A stretch of 64,000 nt of DNA from Mizuhopecten yessoensis. Lineage: Eukaryota. Below are positions 13,704 through 25,752 of this stretch, in pieces. The notes beneath the pieces are model-generated. The model was not told the origin of the DNA and searched no databases. It saw only the letters and a list, made by a program, of their open reading frames with translations. A program made the translations under genes and the position numbers. The first letter of the stretch is position 1, and each line of letters opens with the position of its first letter. The stretch lies in contig NW_018405619.1 of NCBI RefSeq assembly GCF_002113885.1, positions 839,695 to 903,694 of the forward strand, given 5' to 3'.

Positions 13704-13810
13704 ATAATCAAGGTATACACCACACAGAAACTGGTGACAATAATCAAGGTATACCACACAACAACTGGTGACAATAATCAAGGTATACCACACAGCAACT
13801 GGTGACAATA
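13704..13810. repeat. 34-36-bp tandem repeat x3
   Basis: ataatcaaggtatac...actggtgaca at 13704, 13740 and 13774. Confidence 0.92.
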
Positions 13811-15091
13811 TAAGTCATAGCTCTATTTATAGCTCCTACTCAAAACGAAAATATAATGTTTCATTCAGAATGAAAGATATATACCCATGTACTCGAATGA
13901 TGTAATCATTGAAGGGCATGATGAGGCAGAATTAGAAAGAAATCAACATCGTTTACAACAGTTATAAAAAGGTAGCTGAAATGATTGGAACGCCATGTAT
14001 ATATACAAACAAAGCTAAGATCTTAACAGACATAAATACACACACCCACAACACAAAGAGGAAGCATTTAACATCTATTATAGTTTCAAATTTGTTTATC
14101 GTGACAAAAAATGTTTTCAATGTTACTTGGTTGAATGGATACCTGGTAATTAGTTTAATTTTTTGTTATTGCTTTTTTAATACTACAAATCTTAAGTTTG
14201 TGGGTGTTTATTTTGTTAAATACTGTAAAGATGTGCTGAATAAAATAAAACTAGTCATATTACTAAATCAACACTGACACCATATGTAAAGCAGATATTT
14301 TAAGATTTAAAGCGATGTGATGAGGGAGGTAAAACATGTTTTTGATACCGGAGAAAATCGCCTGATAAAATCTGGGCAGCGTTTTATTTCTGAAAGACTT
14401 CTGGGATGATAAGTAAAGGGTGTCAGCTAACATAAGGTGTGTGACCCTGATTTTATGGTCAGTGAGTTCTGACAAATCTATGTCACACGGAAGCTTGTCA
14501 AACAGCCTTAGTGTCTGGGGGCATTTCTATTCCACCAGAGGATGAAACTTTAACCAGACAATATTGTTAACACATGCCTGACCACAGTAATTCCAGTGTC
14601 ATCTGAAACTCGTACGCTATCCTTGATCAGGTTTGTCACTGAACGTCAATTCAGATTAAAATAGATGTACACACCGTAGACAACATATTGAGCCCAATTG
14701 GTATATAATACTGTATGACTTGTTAGCAGTTTATGATTTTATAACCATCACTGGTCAATTAATATCAGACCATTTTGTGTCAATTTTTTTCTCTCCAATT
14801 TTCAATTTCCAACTCGAGGGGTCTTTTTTTGCAACGTAGTTTGATATAACATCTGTTTCATGAAAGAAACTCATTTTGATAAATCATAATTATTATCAAA
14901 TGTATGATAACTAAACTACTTTTATTGATGAAGTAATGCAAAACTTTTAAACAAACTTAAGATTTCCAAAACGGTTTCTGTCATGAAATATTATATCTTA
15001 TTACATTTACTAACACCTTTGATTACCAATAAAAACATGCGTAACAAAAACACAGAGGATAACCTGACCAATCAGAATCCAGGGCACCTAC

Positions 15092-15307
15092 CTATCAGCC
15101 TCCTGGATTTCCTCCAAAGTGACTGGCTGTGTGCGTCGCCTCCAGTCATCCCGTTTGCTATCCTGGAATTGTTTGCGTTTTGACGTCACAGATTTGCCTT
15201 TGTCAGCCAGACTACTCAGTTTTTCCATCAAGAGCTCCCCCGATACGGAAGGCTGATCAGACGAAAAGTCAAAGCTTGCAGAAGTCTTTGGAGTGAGACT
15301 TTCTCCC
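15092..15307 (-). CDS. SVIL: Supervillin coding exon (216 nt, phase 2-2): GESLTPKTS...DWRRRTQPVTLEEIQEAD(S)
   Basis: Lies inside ORF 15088..15324. Acceptor atttccag at 15308, donor gtaggt at 15091. Contains an RTQPVTxEE motif, and phases match both neighbours. Confidence 0.9.
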
Positions 15308-16411
15308 CTGGAAATCAAATTCATATTGTAGGCGTAATATATATGTGAGGTAGTGTATACCCTTAAATATGTTAAATGATTAAGAAATTCACAAATTTCC
15401 AGGTGTCTTTCATGCCATCAGTTTTATTTTTGTAATACAGTTTAGCTTTATAAATCATCTAGCCCTCAAAATCTGTTTGTCCCAATATTCAGTCAGAAAA
15501 ATTTCAATTTCTCTGTCTAAAATAAAACTTTCCACAGATTCACAAGTACATAGTAGTTTATATTCAGTTTCAGTTTCTGAAAAATTGCTTTTGGAAAAAA
15601 ATATTTAAAAGACCGACCCATTTCTTTTTCATGTAAAATAACCCGTAAACAAAGGTTAATTATTTCAAAATTCAAGACATTGAAATCATGAATTGTTACG
15701 GGGAAACAAATCTTTGAGTTAAGCCCCGCAGTATTGCACTACTAGAAGCCCTAAATATAGATCAGATAGATCATCTAGTACAGGTTGCCACATGCCATCA
15801 AATAAACACGAGTATTAACGACCAACAACCTTCCTGACGAATGCCGCCATGTACAGAACGCTCCAGACTTGTTATTAATCTTTTACGATTATAAACAAAC
15901 ATATATCAGCCGTTGTAATTATGATTTGTACAACTCCAGGGTTTCTTCGTCCAACCCCTGCAGATTTAAGATTAGCATTAAGTGAATGCAAATATTTTAT
16001 CTACAATTATCTCCAAAGGTATTAAAACTCCTATCTAAAATTTCAAGTACAAAATTTACGAATTTTAAGTTATCATCTTTTAGAATGTTTTTTTTTTTTT
16101 TTTTAACCGATATCTCATTTTTGAAAATTGAATCAAATTACTGGTTATGCTAACGAACGTTTCAATAAAGTTTTGCCCAATGAACAGAGCAATATGATGA
16201 AAATTCTATTGTAAATTATTAGTTACTTTAAACTTTTGATGCTTGTATCCTTACATACTTACATATATTGGTCATTATCTTAGCAAAACAAAAAGCGTAA
16301 CCACATTTTTATAATAAACTTTATTTCTTTCCTTACATATGTGTACTTTTTCATGTTAAAAAAAATATTAGCAACATAAAAACCAAAAGAATTTGACAAC
16401 AGACATAACCT

Positions 16412-16502
16412 TTAACTCATTCACCCCTGAAATAGCATAATGAACTATTCCAACATTTGAATTGGAAGAGTTCAAATGTGTCTTCAGGGGTAAATGAGTT
16501 TA
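16412..16502 (-). mobile_element. MITE family 1 copy (reverse orientation)
   Basis: Same termini, and the interior is the reverse complement of 811-901. Confidence 0.88.
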
Positions 16503-16774
16503 TAATATTCTCCTTATTTTTAAGTACTGGTAATAATGCTGTAAGTGATAAACTAACATGTCTTTTGTTCTCATTGTACAAAAACTAATACACATTTGTT
16601 TTGAATTTGAAAACAACTTTTATAATAAACATGAATTTGTCTCTAGAATTTCTTTTGAATTAGAGACTGTTTCGTTTTATGAAAAAAGAATTCTGACCAA
16701 GAATATTCTGACTGCATAGAAAGTTTTCATTAGAGAAACTTTAAAGCTAACAATGCATGCTCTGATCTTCCAGG

Positions 16775-16948
16775 CACGGAAAATTTCTACCCATTTTATA
16801 TACCCATACTCATCCTTAAATATCATACATCAAAGTTAGTAACCTTGGGTCTGGTCCTATATATAACATAAATAATAAGTAAACACGGAATATTTCTACC
16901 CATTTTATATACCCACACTCATCCTTATCATACATCAAAGTTAGTAAC
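16775..16948. repeat. Local direct duplication (about 70 bp, offset 109 bp)
   Basis: cacggaa.atttctacccattttatataccca...atcatacatcaaagttagtaac at 16775 and 16884. Confidence 0.9.
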
Positions 16949-17271
16949 AGAGTCAGATAAGCCGGAGAAACTAGTCCCAACTACAAATATATCAGGCCTC
17001 TTAAATACCACGATATACAATAAAGGTCCCATTATCTCTCCATCTTTTATCTCAGGGGGAAAACATGTGCAAGGAAAATGTAAACAAGTTGTTCACAGAC
17101 AAAGCTAGTAAATGTCTTTAAGCTATTCATTGTATAATTTTTATATATTCTGCCATTGCCAGTGGGAAATTACACTGTTAGTCAGACATGGCTGTTTTGT
17201 TCTCAATAAACTTCATACCCCCTGGGTTGTAATTGACTGGTCCAAATCAATGATTTAGACTATGCCATGAT

Positions 17272-17515
17272 CCAATATAGGGAGCAGAGGATTAATACAT
17301 TTATTTCTGCACCTAAAGATCTTCATGTGGTAAACATTTAAAATATTTATAGCGACATTTGTCCAAATAATTATGAATAATTTATGAAAGGATTAAAAGC
17401 ATATTACTCTTTAAGAAATGATTAAAACATAAAAAAAAAATTCGAGGGGAAAACAGAGTTTTTGTGCAGCTTTATCGTAGCATGTTAAGAAATATAGCAA
17501 ACTTCCCTATAATGG
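17272..17515. promoter_or_regulatory. Two perfect CArG boxes (CCAATATAGG 17272-17281; CCTATAATGG 17506-17515)
   Basis: Both match CC(A/T)6GG. Function is inferred only. Confidence 0.3.
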
Positions 17516-18093
17516 ACGTCCTATCATTCCCATCATAACGGGAAACTTTCAGAGTTGCACTTAAATCCTCCTGAAATGTATATATTACTGATCCTATCAG
17601 AGAGACAGGTTCACACTTGATTTAATCAAGGCACATCCTGAACTGTCATGAATACATACATACAAATAACTCTTCATTTCAATTAGAGTCGGCAGACTAC
17701 ACCCATATGTAAACAACCATGGATTTGTACTGGTATATCAAAAGTTCGATTCAGGCCACCAAAAATTGAGCAGACAACAATCTTCCATGTCCACGTTTAA
17801 AAAAAAAGTGTTAACCTTATTCCAGTCCTCCTTGATGACTTCCTGTTCAAATTTCATCCTGGTATTTTAAGATGTGATAAATATATATGTGTTCAAGTTA
17901 CAGAAGAGTGTTCCCTGACCAGTTATGGGGATTTTTCGTATATAATTACCTCCCTTTGTGAGTAGATCTTTGGTGTTTGGTCATATACGTCTTTAAATAT
18001 ACTAAACATCCAACAGTATACTGTTACAAGGCAAATCACTTTGCACAAGAAGTTTTACCCTATCCTTCTGTAGTATTTGACAAACATTTTTAT

Positions 18094-18186
18094 TTAACTC
18101 ATTCACCCCTGAAGACACATTTGAACTCTTCCAATTCAAAGGTTGGAATATAGTTCATGATGGAGTTTCAGGGGTGAATGAGTTAA
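18094..18186 (+). mobile_element. MITE family 1 copy, about 40 nt from the exon donor at 18228
   Basis: Full TIRs with TTAA on both sides. Confidence 0.9.
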
Positions 18187-18228
18187 CACAGAAGTTGCGT
18201 ACCTTTGAGGGACACCAGAGTTACTTAC

Positions 18229-18414
18229 CTTTTAAATGAGAACTTTGGGGTGGTGGTACCAGATTTAGTCTTGGGAGTTACAGGACATGACTTTATTTCC
18301 TCCAGACGAGTCTGCATGTTATAAATCCTCTCTGCCATGGACACACCTCTGGGCTGGCGTGTAGTGTCATTTTCCTCGTCGTCAATGCTATCTCCACGAT
18401 GTTTACGTTCACGT
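18229..18414 (-). CDS. SVIL: Supervillin coding exon not in the ORF track (186 nt, phase 2-2): RERKHRGDSIDDEENDTTRQPRGVSMAERIYNMQTRLEEIKSCPVTPKTKSGTTTPKFSFK(R)
   Basis: Acceptor ttttttggcag at 18415, donor gtaagt at 18228. The frame is open and joins the neighbouring exons in frame. Confidence 0.88.
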
Positions 18415-21400
18415 CTGCCAAAAAAGACAAATTTAAGTGTTTTTTATATATTCTGATAGCAATGACTTCTTGAAGATATGTAAAAAGTTGTTTTGTTTTT
18501 ACTGAACCTAGCGTACTTGTACTTTACACCTTGAGAAATTGTTCATTTTTAATTTTGACAGCGATATATGCACGAATACATTTATATCTCAAGAGAAAAC
18601 AAGAGAAGAAATGGAGTCTAGATGAAGTGTATGAGAAAGTAACAGTGCCACATGCACATGTTGTTGAAAAATATTTCTGTTCTATCCAACTCTTAAAAAT
18701 ACCATGTTAAATACATACAGCATCTTAAAGAAGTGACAAAATGACAAAAATGTTTACAATTGTGTCAAAACTAATCAAATGTTGATTTGGAAAAATTGAA
18801 AACTAATTTTTGTAAGTAAAGGAAATCACACACCATCACAGGATTTCAATGAATCTTAAATAAAAGGGGACAAAAATATTGTCATCCTTTATCAGCATAA
18901 CTGTTAGTCAACTCTATCTTAAGTACGATACCCTTTTTGACACCTTGATCTAGTAAAGTCCCCACATTCACAACCTGCATCTTTTACCTGAAGTTGCACA
19001 ATCCTGGTATAAAGACACTATGTACCTCATACAAAAACTTAGGACCAGTCTGGGAGGATGGAATTATATTTTACCACAGCAACAACAACAGAAGATGTTA
19101 GCTCTGAAATGTACATCTCTCCATCAGCTGATAAACTGAGAATCATACACCTTTTGCCAAACCAGCCTTGCAGGAAGGGGCCCCCACATGGGTAATACAA
19201 ATGTCCGGGGAACAAATCTGGTCCTATGGGACATGGCATCTACAGGAATATAATACAACTGGCTTTGAAAAGGGGCCGAATGGGGAATTATAAACATCCA
19301 GGGAATAATGCTGTCTTACAAAGGGGCACCACAAAGGGGCCAGTGGTTTGGTCTCTTCTTCATTCACATAAGGAACTAATCTCCTAGTATGAAGCCATGA
19401 TTTATTGTGCTGAGGTTTTGCTATCAACATTTGCATGTCCACTGATCGAAGGGCAAATCTTACTGAATGTCCAGTGAATGAATTTAGTCTTTCAGTCCAC
19501 ATGGGTCCAGTGATCACAAAGAGATTGAGATTGTTCAGCTTTTCTAAGGAGATATAGAGCACACTTGATTCAGGGATACGAGTATCTCACACCTTAACGT
19601 ACTTGCTCACAAATTTGAAACGTAACAGTGAGTTTACTAGAATTCGACAATCCTTTTCGCTCCAAGTATATCAAAAACTAAAATGTACAAGTTATGGGAC
19701 CCAAATGATACCTCTCAAATAAAGTAGATACAATTCTGGCGGTACATTTCTAGACAGTTTTCAAAATACTTCATTTGAAAATTTGACTTCATGTATGACT
19801 ATACAAACTAATAACTTGATACAACTGTGTAGTAGCTGAACAGCAGAAGATGATCAGGTTGGTCACCTTAGTAAATTTAGTTCAGGTTCATTTATAACGA
19901 GGACCTTGATCTCTTTGATGTTACAAAAAATACTATTTCTTTAGAATACAAACAAATTTTGAAAAAAAAGTTCTCTCAAATATAGTCACGTTAATTTTTT
20001 TATACAATAGAATTTTGGTCAACAAATATGAAAAATTTGAAATTGCATTACCTGTTTTACTCTAAACTGTAAATCTTTCAGAGTCAAACAGCAGTCAAAG
20101 AAATGTTTTTCCTGTAGCAATATGACTTACGCAGTACCCAATATCAATTAAGTATAAGAAATGTTGATCTGTAACAGATTTTGATGGACAACAACTGGTC
20201 ATTCTGTTTCTACAATTCTGATGGGAGGGGCTCCTGAGAGGGACTGGAGGAGCAGAATGTTAATTGTACAGACAGAGTCGCGGCCGTGACTGATGTAAGG
20301 AAGGACAGTTAGTACACGGAGCATGTATAGTTCTCAGTTCTACACAACAACAACCAGAAACGGGCTGATGAGGTGAAAACAGACGGAAAATTCATCAAAA
20401 CCTGACGGGCAAAACATAAATAGTTTAGATGGTTACATCTACTGTGTTGTTGTGCGTCACAGAAATTAAGAATAATGTCCCCTTCGTATGCCTCAAAGGA
20501 TACAAAGTATGAATCAAGGAGGCATTGCATAATTTGTACATCAACTTGGTAAAGATATGAAAAATATGTAATAAGATCTGCATCTCTCGTAGACCAGCAG
20601 ACAATACAACATAATACGATCTAGACTTCACACTCAGTATATATACCTTCCACAAAATATATGTAATATTAATTCTATAGCGTACAGAGCTGGTACAAGA
20701 CATAATTCTTTGAGGGAAACATTCTGATATATCACCTGATTATACATAATAAATACAAACCTAAAGGATTTGATGAAATTGTACCATATAATTAAAAAGT
20801 TGAACCCCCAGTGAAATCTTGATAATTAGCATCAAAACTGACTTTTGTGTGCTGAGAGGGTAACAATGAATGACTTGCATTTTGTGAGATTTCTATATTC
20901 AAGGTAATTTACATGAAAGTTTACTGCAGATTCAAATATATGAGGATCTTACAATATTTATTCATACGTAATTATACAAGTGTTAACTGTATCAGGAATA
21001 TACCTGTATTCTTAACCCTACACTGCTACTACTGGAGTACAATTATATGAAATAATCTTACAGTATTTTTTTTTCCCTGATTTGTAATCATTAGTATTGG
21101 TACCAGACTGTGACTCTTTGGATGATAACCACCCCTCCGTCCAAGTTTGTGACTTGTGATCTTTACAGTCCATGTGGGGAGTCATATACCCAGAACTGCC
21201 AGTTCCCCCCATAATAATAGGCCCCAACTAGCATTGCCAGCTCCCTGTGGTGACCCCCACTGAAATTGCCAGTTCCCCTTGGTGAGCCCCACTATCTTTC
21301 TGAGGTAACTGTCATGTCCACTATCACAGTACAAGCTTGGTACAATATTTTTGGATATTTACATGTGTGACCTATAGACAGTCACCTGCCAGCTGGAGTG

Positions 21401-22615
21401 CAGCATCCCAAACTACCTTACACATGTAACACATGTTGTTAATTAGGTCTGTTGTCGGTGACCTGTTGTCAACACACAGGCATTCTGTCCTGACCTTCAC
21501 CTGCCAACACCTCTAGTGATTAACATCTCTGTTTATGTACACACCTGTCAAATCTCGTTACTATCCTCCCCCAACATAAGACCTATATACATATCACATT
21601 ATAGTATAGAGCAATTTGCGTAGATCCTTTCTTGGTGCTTCCAGGATGCAAAATGTGCATCCAAAAAATTGCTATACATTACTAGAAATACTGTTTTACA
21701 GTTAGTGATATTTTAAGAAAACTTTACAGACGGGTTTTTTTCCTCAACAATTTTTAATATCACTCAACACCTGTTTCAGGAAAACTCCTACCTGATATTT
21801 AAATCTAAATTGAATTATAAAACACATTTTTTCAGTTATAAGGTATGAAATATTGTCCCAGCATAATTTTCCTTACATATTTTTACTGTGAAAAATGATT
21901 TGGTTTCTCACCAAAACCACATTGTGTTGGATTGTAACAATTAAAGTATCACAAGTAAAAAAAAAAAAAAACCTTTTTTTTCTTTTCATTCCAATACAAT
22001 TTACATTTTTTGACATTTTCTACATTTTTGTAGATCTTATTTCTGATGGAGATTTGCAAATTTTTCACCATGAGTTTTTTTTCATCAGCAATTGACAGAG
22101 TACACGACACTGCACAATTTTGTATTATTTAACTTATTCCAGAAATGAAAACCATTCTTTACATAGCCCAAACAATTATTTGGAAGTTTAGGTTTAATAT
22201 GTAAAGTGAACAAGAGTTGCTTCCCTTAGTCTGCAATGTTTTAAATTTAAATTCAAACATAGATAGTAACTGGTATACAATATCAAACTAGCATTACAGG
22301 AAAACCTGCAGGGTTGATCAAGGTCAGACTGGATAGGAATATCAAACACAAAGACAAGAGGGGCCTAATTAACAGTAACGAAACCTCCCCTATACACACG
22401 CCCTCGATGTCTTGGCAAGGCGACATTATATACTGGTGTGATCTCATACAATGACATCATCCGTACTGAACGTGTGTATATACCAACACGACAAGACTCC
22501 CTCGTACTAAGTATAGAGCACAGACCATCAATCTGACATTATCTTTTTTATATTCCTAATACAAGTTCAACTTGTGTTCACTCTTACATCTTTTTGCAAT
22601 TATACCTCTTTTTAA

Positions 22616-22795
22616 TACTGTAAACTGGGAAATGTTTGCTGCGGTTTAATTTTTGCCTTTTTCACCCGTAATGAAGGCAAATTTATCATTACAGCAGACA
22701 TTATAGTAAACAACATATATAAAAATTGAAACTGGGTGAATATGGATTTTACCGGCGAAAGTTTGACTGAGCGAAAATTTCCCGTTAAACATGTA
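22616..22795. mobile_element. MITE family 2 copy
   Basis: tactgtaaactgggaaat...aatttcccgttaaacatgta imperfect TIR. Homologous to 2041-2237. Confidence 0.7.
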
Positions 22796-22930
22796 TTTAT
22801 CTTTGATCTTTATCATATTACCACTATGATAAACCTCGGCGATTGAGTCAAAATCCCCGAAATTCCCTTCTGCTCTCCTTATTAAATTATAAATTGTAAG
22901 AGAAACTACTTAACCTGTGGAAAAGCTTAC

Positions 22931-24519
22931 CTATAGGTTTCCTTGATATCCTCCGTGACAGAGATGGCCATCGTGTCTCCTTCATCCTCCTCGTCGCCTT
23001 CCTGAGCCCGACGCCGCTCCAGGATACTTGCCAGTTCTACGTCTACAATTACACCTGAAGTCTGTTTCAGCGAAGGCGTTCGTTTTAATATTCCTCTTAG
23101 TTTTTGTTCAGATATATCCACTTTACCTAAAGACTGTGTCCTTTTTAATGAAAATGAGGTCGACGGCTGAATCTTTTTTCCAGCTGATGAGACACGGTCT
23201 CTGAAAGGAGATAGCCTCCCCTCTATATCCCCGTCTGTAGTTTCCCTTTTGGGGCCCTCTATGACAGCTTTCACCATTGGCTTTGAGATCTCCTTCGACT
23301 TTTCAATGGCTGCCCTATGTATGACCTTCGCGGTGACCTTTTTAGCGGCAGGTTGTTCTTGCGGTGGTACCACTTTGTCACTGCTAGGTAATGCAGTATC
23401 TCTCTGAACCGAGCTGATAAACTGAGCAACATCAGCTGGGCTTTCCACGTGTAATGTACTCAAAGACGAGGTCAGTTTTTGATCACTAGATTGAAATTGT
23501 AAATCCCCACTTGATTCACATATATGGTCCATTTCTGCTGTGACCCTGCCAAGGACAGCAAGACTTGTATCAATGGCTGAAATATCCATTCGGACCGTAC
23601 TCTCCCCGTCTGGAGATCCCCTTTCCATTTTGATGATATCTTCTATCGCCCTGGATGATACTTTATTAATGTCCTGTTGAGATTTTGGTTGAGATAATGA
23701 ACCCTCCCCTGATATGACCTTTGAACTTTGTACAGATGATATGAATTTTGTTTGAGATATGTCAGACTTACTAGGCTGAACCACTGACTTCTCTGACAGA
23801 GTCATGTGACTTGGCGCTAGCACCTCAGTTGCCATGACGTCCATTTCTTTCCGCCTGGAATTCAAGATGGCTGCCACTTCTGTGTCTACAATATTTTCAC
23901 TGACACCAGGTACGTATTTCCTTGATGAATCTTTCTCAACACTTTTATCAGTAATTTTCTCTCTCTCTAGTTGTTCACCTTCCCGTTGCTGAACCGTCAC
24001 AACTTCCTGTCTCTTACTGAGAACGGCCGCCAACTCTGGCGACGGTTTGTCCATATGCTCATTCCAAGCATCATCAGATTTTTCAGCAGCCACCGCAAGA
24101 AGTGGAACCCTCTCTGTGGGGCTAGGACTATGCCTCCTCATGAAATCTGACTTAAAACTCCCTGATCTTTGAACTGTGGATATTCCACGCCCTTCAGGTA
24201 CAGGGCTATTACGCACACGGAGGCTTTGAGTTCGTTCAGGTGTACGACGTGACCTCTCCGTGTTCGACTCATCACTACTTGTTACGGCACAAGCTTCCTG
24301 TCTGCGTAGACTAAACTTACGTCTTGGTGAAACTGGGGCTGGCTCAGACTCGGAACTAGACTGTTCCGAGCTGGAGAACTTTTGTAGAAGGGACGAGAAG
24401 TCTTTTTGTCTAGCGATTCGTTTTGGTGATTTGTTGATATCCTCCACTTGTTTGTTAGTAACACTGTTGTCACGGGAACGATCACTTTCACTAGAAAACA
24501 TGGAAATTCCGGAGGATAC
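22931..24519 (-). CDS. SVIL: Supervillin large coding exon (1589 nt, phase 0 to 2), Ser/Arg/Glu-rich disordered region: VSSGISMFSSESD...EDIKETY(R)
   Basis: Contains the 524-aa ORF 22927..24501. Acceptor ctctttgtag at 24520, donor gtaagc at 22930. Phase matches the exon starting at 18414. Confidence 0.88.
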
Positions 24520-24726
24520 CTACAAAGAGACAACCACAATGAAAGGTATATACAAACTGTTCTCTTGATCAAAACGTGATATGACATTTAATTTCTATAA
24601 TTCAATGAATCTTACAAATTAAACAGTTATCTAATTTGCATAAATCAATGAAATAATTAATCAAATAAACCAATCTGAAGCATTAAAACTTTTCCACAGG
24701 GGAGATAAGGATAAATGAGATAAATT

Positions 24727-25030
24727 AACAAGAGTACCGTGGGCGGACCAATACACACCCGTCGAATACCATATAGTGTTATATACTTTCTTACATTGAA
24801 ATAAGATCTCCATCATTCTAAGAGTGGTTACCTGACATGCCATAAAAAATGTAGGAGAAAATCTCTGGACAAAAAATCAACTACTGAAATGAACAAAGGG
24901 CAATAACTTGTGCAAAAATCATCGGATCAAAATTCTTTTCAAGGAAATACAACAATATATCAATATATCATGATTATTTAGCCTTCTAAGTATCAAAGAA
25001 ATCCGTCCAAAAATGTAGATGAAATCGTAA
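24727..25030 (+). mobile_element. Probable 5' fragment of another HINE-like repeat
   Basis: Starts aacaagag like the 12325 element and has aaagggcaataact and repeated aaaaatgtag motifs. Confidence 0.4.
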
Positions 25031-25605
25031 AAAAATGAATAAAAAAATAAATAAAAAAATAAAATATGAACTTATAATCAAATACCGAAAAAATATTTTC
25101 ACTAAAACAGGAAAATTCAAAAGCAAGAATTAGATTTCAAACTTATTTGTAAAGTTTGCACTGTGTGTAAATATCCCGACTTGCAGTATGTTTTTTGTAA
25201 GTTTCAAGCTGGGAGTAACTATTCTTCTGATTTTCTTATACAAACCCCTGAAACAGAACTTGTGCAAACAGGTGCAATACAGCGTATTGCCATATATCTG
25301 TATGCATCAGTTCAAATACTTTTCCCTTCAACCAACAATCAATGACATTTAAAAAAAAAAAAAAAATCATGTCAATTAACATAAAGAATCCATCAAGAAT
25401 TCAAGTCTCATGCAAACCTCTTTCAGACCTGACCGCTTAGCACCTTTGCCCTTTGCCCCTTAACCTCTTTCCTTATGCCTGCAATCATTTGGATCTTGAC
25501 CACTGACAGAATTTTTGACGACTTCTGAAATTGCAGGACACCTGAAATGTTTGATCTTCACTCGTAGCATGATGAGGATACAGAGAACCTCGTTATAGTA
25601 CTTAC

Positions 25606-25752
25606 CTTTGACGGTATATTGAATCGTGACGGCAGCAGTTTGTCGAGGACAGAAGACCTAGGCTGAGCATGCTCGTCGGTGTGAGAATTAGACGGACGTG
25701 CACTGTTAAGGCCATGCTGGGGTGTGTGGAGGGGATAGCGCGAGGAAACGCC
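25606..25752 (-). CDS. SVIL: Supervillin coding exon (147 nt, phase 0-0, possible cassette): GVSSRYPLHTPQHG...LLPSRFNIPSK
   Basis: Lies inside ORF 25558..25797. Acceptor cccattcacag at 25753, donor gtaagt at 25605. GC-richer than its flanks and in frame on both sides. Confidence 0.78.

Noticed and set aside
19039-19562. ORFs of 66 and 112 aa in an intron
   Set aside because: No recognisable domain or compatible splice sites. Probably decayed repeat sequence.
20131-20202. ATG-initiated 24-codon segment ending at a gtaagt donor (MTSCCPSKS...)
   Set aside because: It is phase 0, whereas the next exon (18414) needs phase 2. It could at most be a non-coding or uORF-bearing exon, and nothing supports that.
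20360-20400. Hammerhead ribozyme-like core CTGATGAGGTGAAA
   Set aside because: I could not find complementary strands for stems I and III or a properly placed NUH site.
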